Assembly (NCBI GenBank): GCA_951406725.2
Contig: OX597823.1
Location: forward strand, 91,698,001-91,762,000
Origin: Octopus vulgaris
Taxonomy: Eukaryota
Length of the DNA: 64,000 nt
Direction of reading: 5' to 3'
In this document: one piece after another, positions 25,641-39,779 of the stretch
Position numbering within the stretch: position 1 is the stretch's first letter
Layout of the letters: each line of letters begins with the position of its first letter
The notes under the pieces: generated by a model
Told to the model about the DNA's origin: nothing
The model's database searches: none
What the model saw: the letters and a program-made list of their open reading frames with translations, nothing else
Made by a program: the position numbers and the translations under genes

Positions 25641-27593
25641 TATATACACAGATATACAAAAAAAACCAACTGATATATATTGAAGATAAGTTACCGGAAA
25701 TCACACCAGATATTGAATACCTTTCCTTGTTATGTTTCTGGAGAATTATCAGTTTTAGCTACACATTTTCCAGGATGATAGAGATTAAAGCGCGGTAGAC
25801 ATTCATTTGCACACGTAGTAACTGGGACTTTTTTACAATGTTTACATTCCTCGCATTATGTAGATATAGAATGTTGTAGCTATATACATGTATTGCAAGC
25901 AGTTAGTTACGTAAGTCGCTCACCGTGCACTATCTGCAGAGGTGTGCATGTATATTTTATTACTTAAGACCTTTTTCCATATTTGCTGGGACATATAAGA
26001 TGTTTTCGTTTTTGATTTATTATTAGTTCATATATTTTCCATTGTTTTACCATTAGATACTTATCCTTCTTAAGCAATCTACCATGAATTCGTAATGTAA
26101 ACCCGCTTTCGTTAGTGGAATAATCAAGAGCAGAAAAACTCATGCACCCTTTCATATTGATAGCAACATGACTATAGTAAAATGCAAACTTCCAATTACA
26201 TGGTATAGATTTCAGAAACGTCACCTCATTGACATTGTAGCTCTTTAGAGATACAGCTGTAACGCTAAATGTCTTAACTCACGGATTTTCTGCCTCATGG
26301 TGTGGTGATGATAATTCCGATCCACCGGTTCCCCAGCTTGAAGATTAAGGAATGGCCTGTAGATATACAGATTCGCTGCGAATACTCAATAAGCAATCCT
26401 GGACAAAATCAGAGGTTGCGAGGCATAGAACCCGTAAACTACCCTGCCGGTTTTCCGTGAAATCTTGAAGCTCTCAAAAAAGAGGAGAAATGCCACATCA
26501 TTGGAAAGAAGGATGGTAATAAGTAATAGAAGTGCAAGACATAAGAATATTTTGTCTTTGAATTTCTTCCCACTTCACAAAAATAATCAAACTTTTATGG
26601 ATTTTGGTCGGTGAAACCCATCAATCTGACTGACACTGCAGTCATCTATAGAACCTGCGACCATAAATGAGAAATTTGCAGTCGAATGTCATTCAGCCCG
26701 AGCAAGCTCGACCAGATGATGATGATTGTCGCAGCACTTATGAGATGTCTCATGAATGCTACAGGTAACATGAAATCCAGCACAACCTGTTACATAGTCG
26801 GGACATCGCCGACTAAACCGGCACCCTCATTAGGCTTACCTGATGAGGAGGATTGCTAGAAATCTAAAGGATGGATGAACCTAGTGAAGGTTCGACCATT
26901 ATCTAGCAACAGCACAGGCACTTAGAAATTCCGGGCTGGTGTTCGGCATGCCGGAAGACCACTGGGAATGATGTACACCTTAGCTTTTGTTAAAGCATGT
27001 CTCTAGAATCCACTTGAGATTCAGGCTAAGTCTGCTCCAATAATCAGCAGTGACTTGCTCACTAAATGCTCTGCGACGATCGACTATAAACAGCAACATG
27101 AGCTGGTACACATCACATCATTCCAAAGAGTGTGTAGGGGACCACATGTGAACTTGTATACTCAGTGAATCTCCGAACACGATCCGTTAATCGGAGCCGG
27201 ATCAATCTTCCAAGGGTAAATGCCGCAGCGAGAGGATTAATTCATGAAAATATAGTAATGCGTAGTCGTCGTATGTTAGAGAATGCTAAAATGATTTAGA
27301 CTTAATTAGACGTCAACGGCACAGAGTAAACGTATAGAAATTGTTTAAGCATCGAATACAGCACAACTATCCTGCAAGTCTGACAAACGGAGAGCGGAGG
27401 AGGGACAGCAGGATAGAAGGCACTCAAAAGCTTGAGTTACAAAAAATGTAATCGTTTTATCTTGACAACAACAAAAAAACAATAAACAAATTTTAAAAAG
27501 TAACATATATATATATATGTGTGTGTGTGTATACATCTACAGAGAGATAGAAACACAGAGAGAGATTTGTATGCATGTGTATATGTGTTTGAT

Positions 27594-27632
<39 letters not shown>

Positions 27633-27792
27633 CTTCATTTCAATTTTGACACATTAGCTTAGAAAAAATAATTTTACGAATACCATAAAAATACAGAACA
27701 CACAAAAATCGTTTGTTTGACAGCTGATAACTGTATTATAAATATGAATAAATGTGTGTGTGAGTATGAATACACAAATACATATATATATA

Positions 27793-27824
<32 letters not shown>

Positions 27825-28354
27825 CATTTACATATACATACATACACACACACACACATATATATATATATATTTATATATACATACATGCATACACACA
27901 CATGTATATGTAAGGCTGTATGTAAACATTATATGTATAAATTTTATACTTTATAATATCATATACTCGGAAAATAGAATGTAGCCAAATAAATCAATGA
28001 TGCTGATGATGTTGATGGTGGTTGTTCTGAGGATGATGGCGCTGTTAATAATGGCGGCGATAACCACCGCAGCTGACGTCGCCGCCGCCACCGCCACCAG
28101 CCACAGCACCGTCACCAACACCAGCACAACCACCGTCGCCGTCGCCGTCATGGCTGTATCGAATATAGTTACCGATTCCTCTCTACCGAAAGAAACAATT
28201 CATCATGGACGTCATTAAATTTCATATTAAATGCACATTATGTTGCACAGTAAGATGCAGTCATGCGTGGAAGCCATTTACAATTATTTAGTTTACAATA
28301 CGGCTTGTGTACACTTTCTCTCCTACTGTGTGCATGTCTGTGTATATATGCATC

Positions 28355-28700
<346 letters not shown>

Positions 28701-28862
28701 TCAGTCTGTCCTGTCAGTTTGTCTCGCTCTCTCTCTCTTTCTCTCTTTATATATATATATATATACACACAGAGAAAGAGAACGAGGGAGAGAGAGAGAG
28801 AAGCATGCGTATAAATACACACATATATCTTCCCCTTTATCAACCTATATAAATATATGTAT

Positions 28863-28922
<60 letters not shown>

Positions 28923-30344
28923 CTGAGAGAGAGAGAGAGAGACGTGTATATGTATATATATACAATTATATGTAGATATGTATATACATACATATTTGTA
29001 TATTTTCATTTGTGTACACATTGGTAAATACACGTATATATAAACTTATGTAAATACGTGTGTGCCAGCGTGCTTTGTTGGTGTTGGTGTAGAGGTAGTC
29101 CGGGACGTACAAGTCATACGAATTTGCGAATGCCAGTGCACTCTGTGCCTCTTTGAATTATATATGTATGTATATTTTCCGTTCGAACAATTCATTTCGA
29201 AGTAATATAAGACAGTGTACGACTGCGCAACTAAAATCCTGTACAAGTACATACAATTGCATATGCATAATACATACATATATACATACAAGCATATATG
29301 TATGTATACATATATGTTTGTACAAACATCCATATACACACAGATAAAACACACACACAAAACATAGTAACACACCTACACACAAGTATACAGATGCAAA
29401 CGCATGCACAAAATAAGGATGCACACCAGAGAAAGACAAAATGGGACAAACAGAACAGAAAGAGACACGTGGTATGGTGAACTGTTGACGAGGTCACAGG
29501 AGGTATGACGAAAGAGTTCCGGACAAAGGACATAAAATAATACAAATTATTAATCTGAAGTGAAGAAGGAATATATATATAACAAAATTGACCATCCTAA
29601 AACATAGCAATATATATATATAATAATATTAGGATAATAAGAATTATAGAAATTTTACGGAAATTAGTTAGAAAGCATGGTCTAGGAACTAAATTAGATG
29701 GTAAATGTTTTTTATTTTCATTCCTTTCGAGAATCTATCCCTAATTAGTGGTTTGAGTTTCCTCCTGCTCTTTCTAGCACAAGGCTTTCCTATTTGGAAG
29801 CCTCTTAATGTGGTTTAAGGTACACGATATTTTTACGTATATCTATAGCACTTTACATGCAGGATTGAGTTCTTCCTATTCTCATAATTTACACCTAAAT
29901 GGTTCTCCCTTATATACCTACCTACCGCAATATATGTAAATTTATGTGCACATCTATGTAGGCGCACACACATACACACATATATATGTATTTCTATATA
30001 TGTTTGTGCAAGCATATATGCATTTATACGTATGAGAATGTATATATCCATACATACATATAAAATATATATATATACACACACACGCACTTACATACAT
30101 GCATATATATATATGTACATATATATATATGCATATATATATATATATATGGACACTTTCATATATACTACTGCAAGTTATTTCATTTGATGTTATTATC
30201 TATATACATAATTAAAATGAATTATACCAAAATATACTTCAGAAAATGACACATACGTCATCATGTGCTCACGAGGGTATATGTGTGTGCATATATATAT
30301 ATATATAGGAAGAACACACACATATGTACACTTACTGATATATC

Positions 30345-30398
<54 letters not shown>

Positions 30399-30455
30399 GT
30401 ATATATGCATGCATATACATATATGACCATACATACATGTACACATCTATATATT

Positions 30456-30498
<43 letters not shown>

Positions 30499-30731
30499 GC
30501 ACAGTCATGAATAGATGTCAATTTACATGTATGCATATTACATAAACACACAAAACCTGTCATATACATACATACATACAGACATATATATATACATACA
30601 AACACATGAACACACACACACACATATATACATATGTATATATATATATATATATACGTATATATATATATATATATAAATATATATATACACATGCACA
30701 CACACATATATACATATGCATATATATACAT

Positions 30732-30767
<36 letters not shown>

Positions 30768-30780
30768 TAGATAGATAGAT

Positions 30781-30853
<73 letters not shown>

Positions 30854-31145
30854 TTTCCTAGTGAAAGTAAGTATACTAGAGAATGTATCAACAAGATTAA
30901 TGATTGCAACTTCAACAACAATGATAACAACAACTGTTGCACAACCATGACCACGACGACGACGACGACGACCACCACCACCACCACTACCACCGCCGCC
31001 GCCTCCGCTGCCACCACCACCATAGTCACGCCACACCCGTCGCCAAAGACAACAAAGTAGGCAGCGAAAGCCACAATACTACCAGTTTCTTTTTATATCA
31101 TCATTAATATTTGTGTTACTACTATTACTACTATTAATATTACTA

Positions 31146-31204
<59 letters not shown>

Positions 31205-31466
31205 GTTATTATTATCATTATTTTTATCATTATTATTACTGGTCTCGTTATTAATATTAATGTTGTAAATTGGCAGACGTTAGAGAAAATGAGGAAAATA
31301 ATAACAACAACAGTAATAATAAATAGATGTCGGACATCTACGAAAAGGGAGAGATATTTCTCACATGGATAAATAACGGAATATATTGTTAATGAAAAAA
31401 TTTTTAAAATATATATTTTAGTTTAGTGCCAATGTGTATAATTACCCCTGTATATATACATATATA

Positions 31467-31513
<47 letters not shown>

Positions 31514-31589
31514 TCACACACATATATATATATGCATACAAATACATGCATATATAAACATATATTCATACATACATATATAGCTATTT

Positions 31590-31756
<167 letters not shown>

Positions 31757-33058
31757 TTTATGTGTGTGGGTGTGTTTGTATATTTAGTTTTGCGTGTCTG
31801 ACGTAGAGGGATGGGTTGGTTTTAGTGTTATCTTTTACATTTTAGACATTATTATATTAATTATATCTTTTTTTTTTTACATTGGCACATGGCCATCTAT
31901 TTTGGTGAAATAAACTGACGAATATATTATGCCGCTGTGTTTAAATTTATGAACCTTGGAATAATGAAAAGCTGAGTCAGTTTTAGTCCCATTTGAAGTT
32001 ATAACTTGAACGGAAAAGGACAATACTATATAACCTTCATTAAGTGCACATAGAACAGAGCGAATCGAAACAATATTGTTTTTATATATTCTGAATATGC
32101 TCTGTAATATTAGAACCTAAATATGTCCTGTGATATTAGAATCTGAATATCTGATTGTTGTTGTTTTTCATCATCGGAGAACATCTCTCTTTAATCGTTG
32201 CGTTTTCATAGCATATGTGATCTGTCAATGTTAGGATTGTTCGGGACACCGCTCTGTTTCGACCTTAATTGGTGTCTCCTCAGTCAAACCTGCCCTCCGA
32301 GACTAATGAAGCTGACAAGGGAATCAACTCCTGTTTATAGGAATAAGCGAGCAACTTATTTACTGATGTTTGCCAAACTGATAAAAATCAAGGTATCTAC
32401 ACAGAACAACGAGAATCTATATAATAATCTATCAATTTACTTCTAATATGCTTTGGCAGATTCTGATGTTGCTATCGAATCGCTGTTGTTGTTTCCTCAT
32501 CGGAGAAGATTTGTTCCCACATCACAAGTGATTCAGTAGTATAAGGAGTATTGGTGGGAGAGAACGCACATCACCTAAATGTAGGTGTTCTCCGACGACG
32601 AAAACGAACATAGATCAGTAATTCATTTTTCAAATCTGTCAAAATCTTTTAAGAGTGAATAGATACGTTATTGACACCAAGCATATGGACCGCTGTCATA
32701 CCAATTCTGCTAATTCACCTCGAACTTTCTGTCATAATTTTCTCTGTAGCGTAACATCACCAAGCATCTGCCAGTACACTAGCCTTAATTATTATTGTTA
32801 TAGTATTTTAAGTGGAATACGAAGTAGATAATGCTGAAATTAATAGCATGTAAATAATGGGCTAAAAGCCTTTTGGACAGAAAAAAGGGGAAGGCTGCGC
32901 GTGTGACTCGAACTCACATCTTCTGGGAACATGACAAACGTTCTGGCAAAGCAATCGTTCTAATTTCTTTATTCATTTTAGAAGCTTTGATTTGGTTTAC
33001 CCAATAAGAATTTAGAAACTTCAAAATATTGCATGTTCTAAACTTTACGGTGTCACCA

Positions 33059-33475
33059 TCTATAATATACATAGAATTGAGTTTGTGTGTGTGTTTCTGT
33101 GTGTCAGTGTGTCAGTGTGTCAGTGTGTCTGTGTGTGTGTAGATATTTATGCTTTTTATAGAAATCCACATTCAAATTTTATACACATACTCCATAAGGT
33201 CAGAGCTAGGTCATGGCGAAGAAATTATCCCCGTGACCTGCACGCATGATAGGGATCATAGACATAATGTTACCTTATGCGCACATGTGTTGCTGAATTT
33301 TTGTTCACGCCTTAATTGCCCCGTTTTACACGTTAATGTGTTATTTGGGGTGAAGAGAGCAAAATGGCTCATGCACCAACACGTTTTGCATTTCTAGCTA
33401 CACGTTTGACACATTTTTGGGCCCAGTAAATGAAGTACTTGCCCTTTCTTTGCCAGGGTTCAATGTAATGCTACC
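33059..33475 (+). mobile_element. Possible non-autonomous Helitron-like element
   Basis: Begins TCTATAATA followed by a TG/TGTC microsatellite, as in Lep1/DINE-like elements; the 3' hairpin and CTAG end are not clearly intact. Confidence 0.3.
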
Positions 33476-36119
33476 TTGAAAAAAAAAAACCCAGTTGCCG
33501 AACGTTTAGTCATTACATCGTTACACTTTTTACTTTGAAGAAAGACAGCAAAAGAACCCATGTTCCATACTTTTTGCAAGTTCCAATGCATAACATTGAG
33601 CAATAGGTTTTCCTAGTTTCTCCTAATAATTATTTGACACTGGTACAAACAGCTGGTGCAAATAACTGGCGCAAACAACGCCGTAAATTTAACGTAAACG
33701 AAGTTCACAAGAAATGTGTGCATTCCCTTGTATCTCCCGTTGGAGTTCTGCTTCTGCTTGATATTATTAAAATGTTCGAATTTTAAAGAAATGGTGCTGC
33801 AGCAGGGTTATTAGCTACATCGCTGTATGGCTTTATGTTCTGAGCAGTCGTTGGTCGTTTGTAACTTGTATTGATGAAGCGAATTCGAAAGCATCGATGT
33901 CGTTTACCAATCTTCCACACATAGCAGCTAACTCCATCCTAAATCATACACGAGTGTTTTAATAAAACGAAGGTGATATAAGATAATCGACAAGAGAGTC
34001 ACAGCTGGAATGGCTTTGGTAATATATTTGCTTGTTCACAAATAAACTGGATTTTAGTGTCAATAACAACGTGTTTATATTTATTTAAACAAACCTTGTG
34101 AGACAAAAAAAAAGCAAACAGCCTGCCACAGCAGACTTTAGAGCTCTAGTATAAACACAAAACCATTCATAAAGGACATATTCGGTTTAGCCGGCGGCCA
34201 TTGTATTTTGATAATTATTCAAATATTATATTTGTAATTGTGAAATGTAGCTTCGGCTTCTGTGTTATTTGTACATTGAACTTAAAAGAAAGCTACTAAG
34301 AAATCCAAGGACTTTTGTCACGTTGTCTGCCATTTTTGTCATTTCCCCACAATTTAAACATAAATATTTGAGTTAATCGGACAAGATAATGAATTCTGGG
34401 ATTTTTCAAGTCTTTTTAAAGTAGTTTTATGCATAAATTTGCATGCAGTCTTTATAGCAGTGTTTCATTTATTACGTTGAAAAATGCTGTAATAATTGGT
34501 GCGAAGAATAGGTTGAGGCCATGGAAAAGTTTTTAGTAAGATAAAATATATATTAAGTAGAACATCTCGTCGTAATATTTTCTCCTTTATCTCGCTGTCC
34601 GTTGCCAATATCCTTCATTAATATTTATTGCTATTAACCCTTCTGTCTTGTCTTATCGTCCGTCTGACTACAGCCATAACAAATAATAATGGAGACAATA
34701 CAAAAATGATGCCGTTTTAAGAACATATTTAGTGACAAACAAATAATTTGTTTTAGCTGGACATGAAGTATCATTTTGTCAACTAGATAGTGTAATTGAA
34801 CTGATGTATATAACAAATATATATTTGTTAGTTTCCAACAAGATAAACTGTAAGTTTTGAAATCATGAAATAAAATGTCTGAATATTTGATAAAAATGAT
34901 TTTTTTAAAATGCAGGAATACCAAAGGGGTATTTCTCTGACAAGCGTGGCGGCGTTTGTAGGATTTTTACTTATAAGACAAGTTTAGTACGTAACTATCC
35001 AAAAATGTTTTCAACGTACATTTTTTGGGAGGAGGTCCAAGTCATACAGAATGTGTGTGACGCCCCTGGAAGCAAGTTTTTGAAATACATGAAAGTAAGG
35101 TCTGCTTTTCTATGAAAATCTGAAACTCAGATATAACTACAGTATTACAGTATGGATTCTGCAGCAAAGTACGTACGTCTGCTCATTTCTTTAAATGCAG
35201 GTTGCTCACGATAAATTTGATTTTGACAGTTTGTATAAAAAAAAAAAAAAGACACAAAATTCCACCCAGTTGATAAGTATTTTGAAAATCAAAAATAACG
35301 ACCAGATAATGGCTAGGCGATAGCAGTTTACTCAAGATAGTAGCCCTCAGCTTCCACCACGGCTAAAAGCAGGCTCACAAAGCTGGTGTATGTGTTCCTT
35401 ACCGTGTTCTTTGGAAGATCTTCGAAAACATTCTAAAATAAAAATAAGAATTATCGACACTGAGATTCCTCCCGAAACGAAGTCTTAAACAAGTGTCGAT
35501 AGGGAATCGTCCATTAATTAGACTTGTTTCCCGGGTGATAAATATTGCAGCTGGTGGTTTTACATGTCAGGTTTTCGGTTAATCTTTGGTTCCTAGTTGA
35601 ATACCGTAAATTCTTACTTACACTGGAAAAGACGTTCAAGTTATGAAGGTTGCTACGTTATATCTTATAGGTTTCTCTTAATCTTGAAATCCTAGACGTT
35701 GTCTCAGCTAAAAGAAAACAGTTTTAATTCTGCTATTAACCGCGAGATTTCTTGGTTAAAATATCTGGTCAAGATATGATCGAATGTCATTAAGCTCAAA
35801 GGCTTCTCTGCATTGAGAGGTTATATCTCCGGTATAGTTTTCTTTTTTATTGAAATATAGTTTCCACGACTGAGAGAAAATATCGTTGATCTAATGGTAT
35901 TTTAATTGTTCATATAGATTTGACTAAATGCTGGTTTGCTTAAGTAAAAATCAGCAAATATTGTTGATATCTATATAGAAACGAAAATTCCGGAAACACT
36001 GGTGTCTAATGATCTACTGACATTATTTTGAGTTAGCTGTCGTTCTAACTCACAAAGTATTTAAGGAGAAGTTTCTCTGAGATAAAATTGTATTATGCTG
36101 TTCAGTACTTAACTCTGAT

Positions 36120-36320
36120 GTTTTACTTGTTTCACTTATTTGACTGCGACCATGATGGGACACCGCCTTGAAGGATTTTATTCGAAAGAGTCGACCCCAA
36201 GACTTATTTAAGTCTAGTACTGATTCTATCAGACCCTTATGTCGAAACGCTACTTTACGGGAACGTAACCGCTTCAACACCGGTTGTCAAGCGGCAGTGG
36301 GGGACAAACACTGACACAAC
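36120..36320 (-). mobile_element. SINE family A, 3' half
   Basis: Reverse complement of the family tail (CACCGGTTGTCAAGCGG..GGGACAAACAC). Confidence 0.75.
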
Positions 36321-37350
36321 ACGCAAGCACACACACATACGCACGCATGCGCATATATATATTTATTATAGCATTGTATCTTGTTGACAGAAATATAATA
36401 TAATTTATATTATCTAACATAATTGTATAATATAATGTATTTTTCTCATGAGTGTTGATATATAAATGCATGTATTAGTAGATGAATGATGGTTTTAAGT
36501 ATAACTTTAAGATTATATAATTTCATCTAAGATGTATTTACAGAATCTTTCAATAATATGATTTGGTAAAATCTATCGTAAAATTTATCGTAATTTTATT
36601 TAATTGTTAGCCAATTAAACAAAAGGTAATTAGAATGTTTTTGTATTAGTTGTGAATATTAGTGATAATATATGAGTATAAATTTAGTGATTTTTATTTT
36701 TTAATTTTCATGACTATATGAACTTGAAGTTATATTTAAATAGACACATTTACCATAGGTTTGTAACTATTAAATAGCGAGTTTTTTAAGATGTGTATAG
36801 AAAGTTTCTATAATGAATAATACATATTTTGTGGTTCTCCTGCATTTTTCTCGACGGTATAGATGCATACAAATATACATATAAACGTATAAGCTAGCGT
36901 AAGCTTGTAGTTTATTTTCTTTACGGTAGAAACAACGAACATGTGTAACTTTTGATTGAATTACTTTACATACTCATAAATATAGATGATAATAAATAAT
37001 AATTATAGTATAATTTAGAATATTATTTCATGTAGGCGTGTTGAGGATAAGGATTATTTTTCTGAAAGATGTTTGTATAAGAGATGTGTTTTTACTTAAC
37101 CGTATAGAAGTTTAAGTAAATATTTACTGTTTCACCATAGATTCATAACAAGTTGTTTCAGTTTTAAAATACTAATGCGCAAAAACATTTAAATTAACAT
37201 TGTTAAATTTGTAAGTACAAATTTGATATACGTATTTAGAACCGTTGTATTAGTTTTTATTTATTTTTTTTAGTTAAAACCAAGTTATTGACGCTCACAC
37301 ATACAGAAACATTTTGATTAATCCAGTCTAATATGTAATTTTTTGGTTTG

Positions 37351-37450
37351 ATTTAACCTGATGAGATTTTTACTGAAAATGTTTCCAAAATAGGAATTTT
37401 TATAAATTCGTTATTGGTTTTGAGTTTGACTTGAAACAATTGTAGGGATT
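37351..37450 (+). ncRNA. Degenerate hammerhead motif with long helix II insert
   Basis: CTGATGAG (37358) ... GAAAC-AATT-GTA-GG; palindromic helix III, weak helix I. Confidence 0.45.
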
Positions 37451-37509
37451 ATTAATAAATTAATAAATTAACACGTCACTTTGAATTATCTATTTTTCTT
37501 TTATTATTT

Positions 37510-37548
<39 letters not shown>

Positions 37549-37620
37549 CAAAATGTGTCCGCGTGTGTATCGTTGGCGATTCCCTCCGTCTTCTTTTCCT
37601 TGGATCTTTCCTTTTCCTAT

Positions 37621-37655
37621 GTTTCTGACGAAGTGCTCCGCTCGAAACGTTAAAT
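37621..37655 (+). ncRNA. Minimal hammerhead motif with intact core, in a (TA)n-flanked repeat (about 37555-37755)
   Basis: GTTT-CTGACGA-A-GTGC-TCC-GCTC-GAAAC-GTT-AAAT; palindromic AACGTT helix III; one mismatch in helix II. Confidence 0.7.
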
Positions 37656-38194
37656 CCTCCTTTCTTTCCTTTCCTGAGCGTCCAATAACACTATACTTGT
37701 TCCGCGTCCTCGCGTTGTTGTATTTTCTTTTTGTGTTGTTATGTTTGGATTAACTAATTATATACATAAAACATATACAAAATCCAAGCACAAGGATTTA
37801 GTCGGTTTGAGGCCATAGTATTTTAGAAGACACTTGCAAAAAATGCCACAAACGTCTCACCATGCAGTCACGTCTGCGCCTATTTATATACATTCTGAGT
37901 ATCATACGATTATTTTGCTTTAATCCATTTAATAATTCTTTTTAATGCCGTTATTGTGAGATCTACAACGTAGATAAACAAGCATGAAGCACTGGAGAGA
38001 AAAGGAAACAAAAAAAGGGTAAGATTTAATTCAGTTAAATCTGTGAGACTGAGTTTTTAGATGCAATTTTAGAAAATTTAGTTCCGCTTTAAGCCTCATA
38101 CTCAAAACCTCAAAAATAAAATTTCGAAATATTTCCGAGATAATTTCAATCATCATCGTTGGCTTCGTTCCATGAAGCTATAAATGATGATTTA

Positions 38195-38403
38195 AATTTC
38201 GATACAAGGCCAGTAATTTTGGGGGTATGGGTTAAGTCGACTACATCTACCCCCAGTACTCACCTGGTATGTATTTTATCGAACCCAAAAGGTTAAAATG
38301 AAAAGGCGACCCCGGTGGTATTTGAACTCAGAACGTAAGGACGGAGGAAATGCCACTTAGTATTTTGGCCAACATGCTAATGATTCTACTAGTTCGCTGC
38401 CTT
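38195..38403 (-). mobile_element. SINE family B, diverged
   Basis: TTTGAACTCAGAACGTAA and flanks match the family. Confidence 0.8.
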
Positions 38404-39184
38404 GCATCTAGTTATAAATAACTGCATGCAAATATTATTTATAGCTTTATGTGTGCTTCGAGATGCACAATTTCACCCAAAAATTATTTGAAGTTCTCTC
38501 GAAAGTTTAAAAGATTCTTCTGACGTCAGCAATAAGCGCGCATGCGTGTGCCTTTGCGTTGTGTTTACCTCCAGCCACCACTTAACATTCGGTGTTTGTT
38601 TACATCCTCCGTTCTTTTAAAATTGACAGAACTAGTACCACACTTAAAACAAATAACAACGACACAAATACTACTTCAACGTGGTGCCCCAGTATGGCCG
38701 CAGTCCAATGAGAAAAACAAATAAATGTAAACAGATACAGATATATGCTCTTTATTTTTTTGCGTGAAGATTATTTTTCAAAAATATCGCCTTCCAAACA
38801 CTAATCGCAGACATCCGATATCTCAATAATATGATTCCTATTTTAAAACTGGAATTGCGTTGTAAATATTTATGACTGATGTCGGGATATAAATAGAGAA
38901 AGAATTTAAGAATTTCTTTGTTGTTTTTTTTAACATCAAAGTTCATTATTCGAAACAAGTTTATTTTATTCCAATGCTGAATTTTATTTTAATTCATTCA
39001 CTCATTATACCTTGTACGTATATATATATATATATATATATGTAAACATACATACATGTGGGATTGCTTGCTGCAGCCCACGGTACCATGCTATCCGTTG
39101 CTTTTAGCCATCTAATACTTTCCTGATTATTCTGGCTGTGCAAAGGAGGCAAACATTTTGTAACAGTTCTACTGGGCATTCTAT

Positions 39185-39310
39185 TTCAATTTCCTTTATA
39201 TTCCCCTTGATGCTTTCCGATACTGTTCCCATGATCCAACAGTAATGAGTACTATCTTCATCTTCTTCATTTTCCATAGCCGAGATATTTCGTACTTAAG
39301 AGGCTCGTAT
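39185..39310 (-). pseudogene. Dong/R4-type LINE restriction-like endonuclease C-terminal fragment
   Basis: YEPLKYEISRLWKMKKMKIVLITVGS resembles the KYxDLxxEIxRLWxxKxxVVPVVIGALG motif. Confidence 0.65.
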
Positions 39311-39619
39311 GTGTATATATGTGTATTTTTGTCTTCCTTCCTTCTTGTCTGAGTTTTTCTTTCAATTTTGTTTCCATTTTTCGGCGAGTGTCTTCCCGAT
39401 ACCAAGGGCAAAGAAATTCTCTGTATTCATTGATGGGCCATTTAAAATAAACACACCAAGTCGCTCATTTATAAGTACAAACGACGTTATATATAAAAAG
39501 TATTTACATAGGTGATAATCATTCTCACAATGACTATAGTCTTCTCAATACGTGTAAATTACCAGTTTAATCAATCTTTTGCACTTCTTACAACGATGGT
39601 AAGCTAGCGATCATTCTCA

Positions 39620-39775
39620 AATAACTTTCAGTTCCTTTGTTGATCATTCCCAGTACTTCTACAATCACTGGTTTGTAATCGCCTTGAGATGCCACAGTTT
39701 TTCGATTTCAATCAGTAAATCCATATATGTTTTGAATTTGTTAACTTTTGTCGAAATATGACCATGTTATTGCAT
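39620..39775 (-). pseudogene. Dong/R4-type LINE fragment truncated by the mariner insertion
   Basis: Minus strand YMDLLIEIEKLWHLKAIT. Confidence 0.6.
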
Positions 39776-39779
39776 ATTA

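Noticed and set aside
25964-26224. 86-aa non-repetitive ORF
   Set aside because: Non-ATG start, no recognisable domain and no splice-site support.
26835-26875. CTGATGA...GAAA hammerhead candidate
   Set aside because: Neither helix I nor helix II can pair convincingly.
32160-32610. ~30-bp imperfect inverted repeats suggesting a MITE
   Set aside because: Too diverged and no target duplication seen; cannot be supported as a feature.
33868-33905. TTGATGA..GAAA..GTC hammerhead candidate
   Set aside because: C3 is missing, helix II is poor and there is no helix I.
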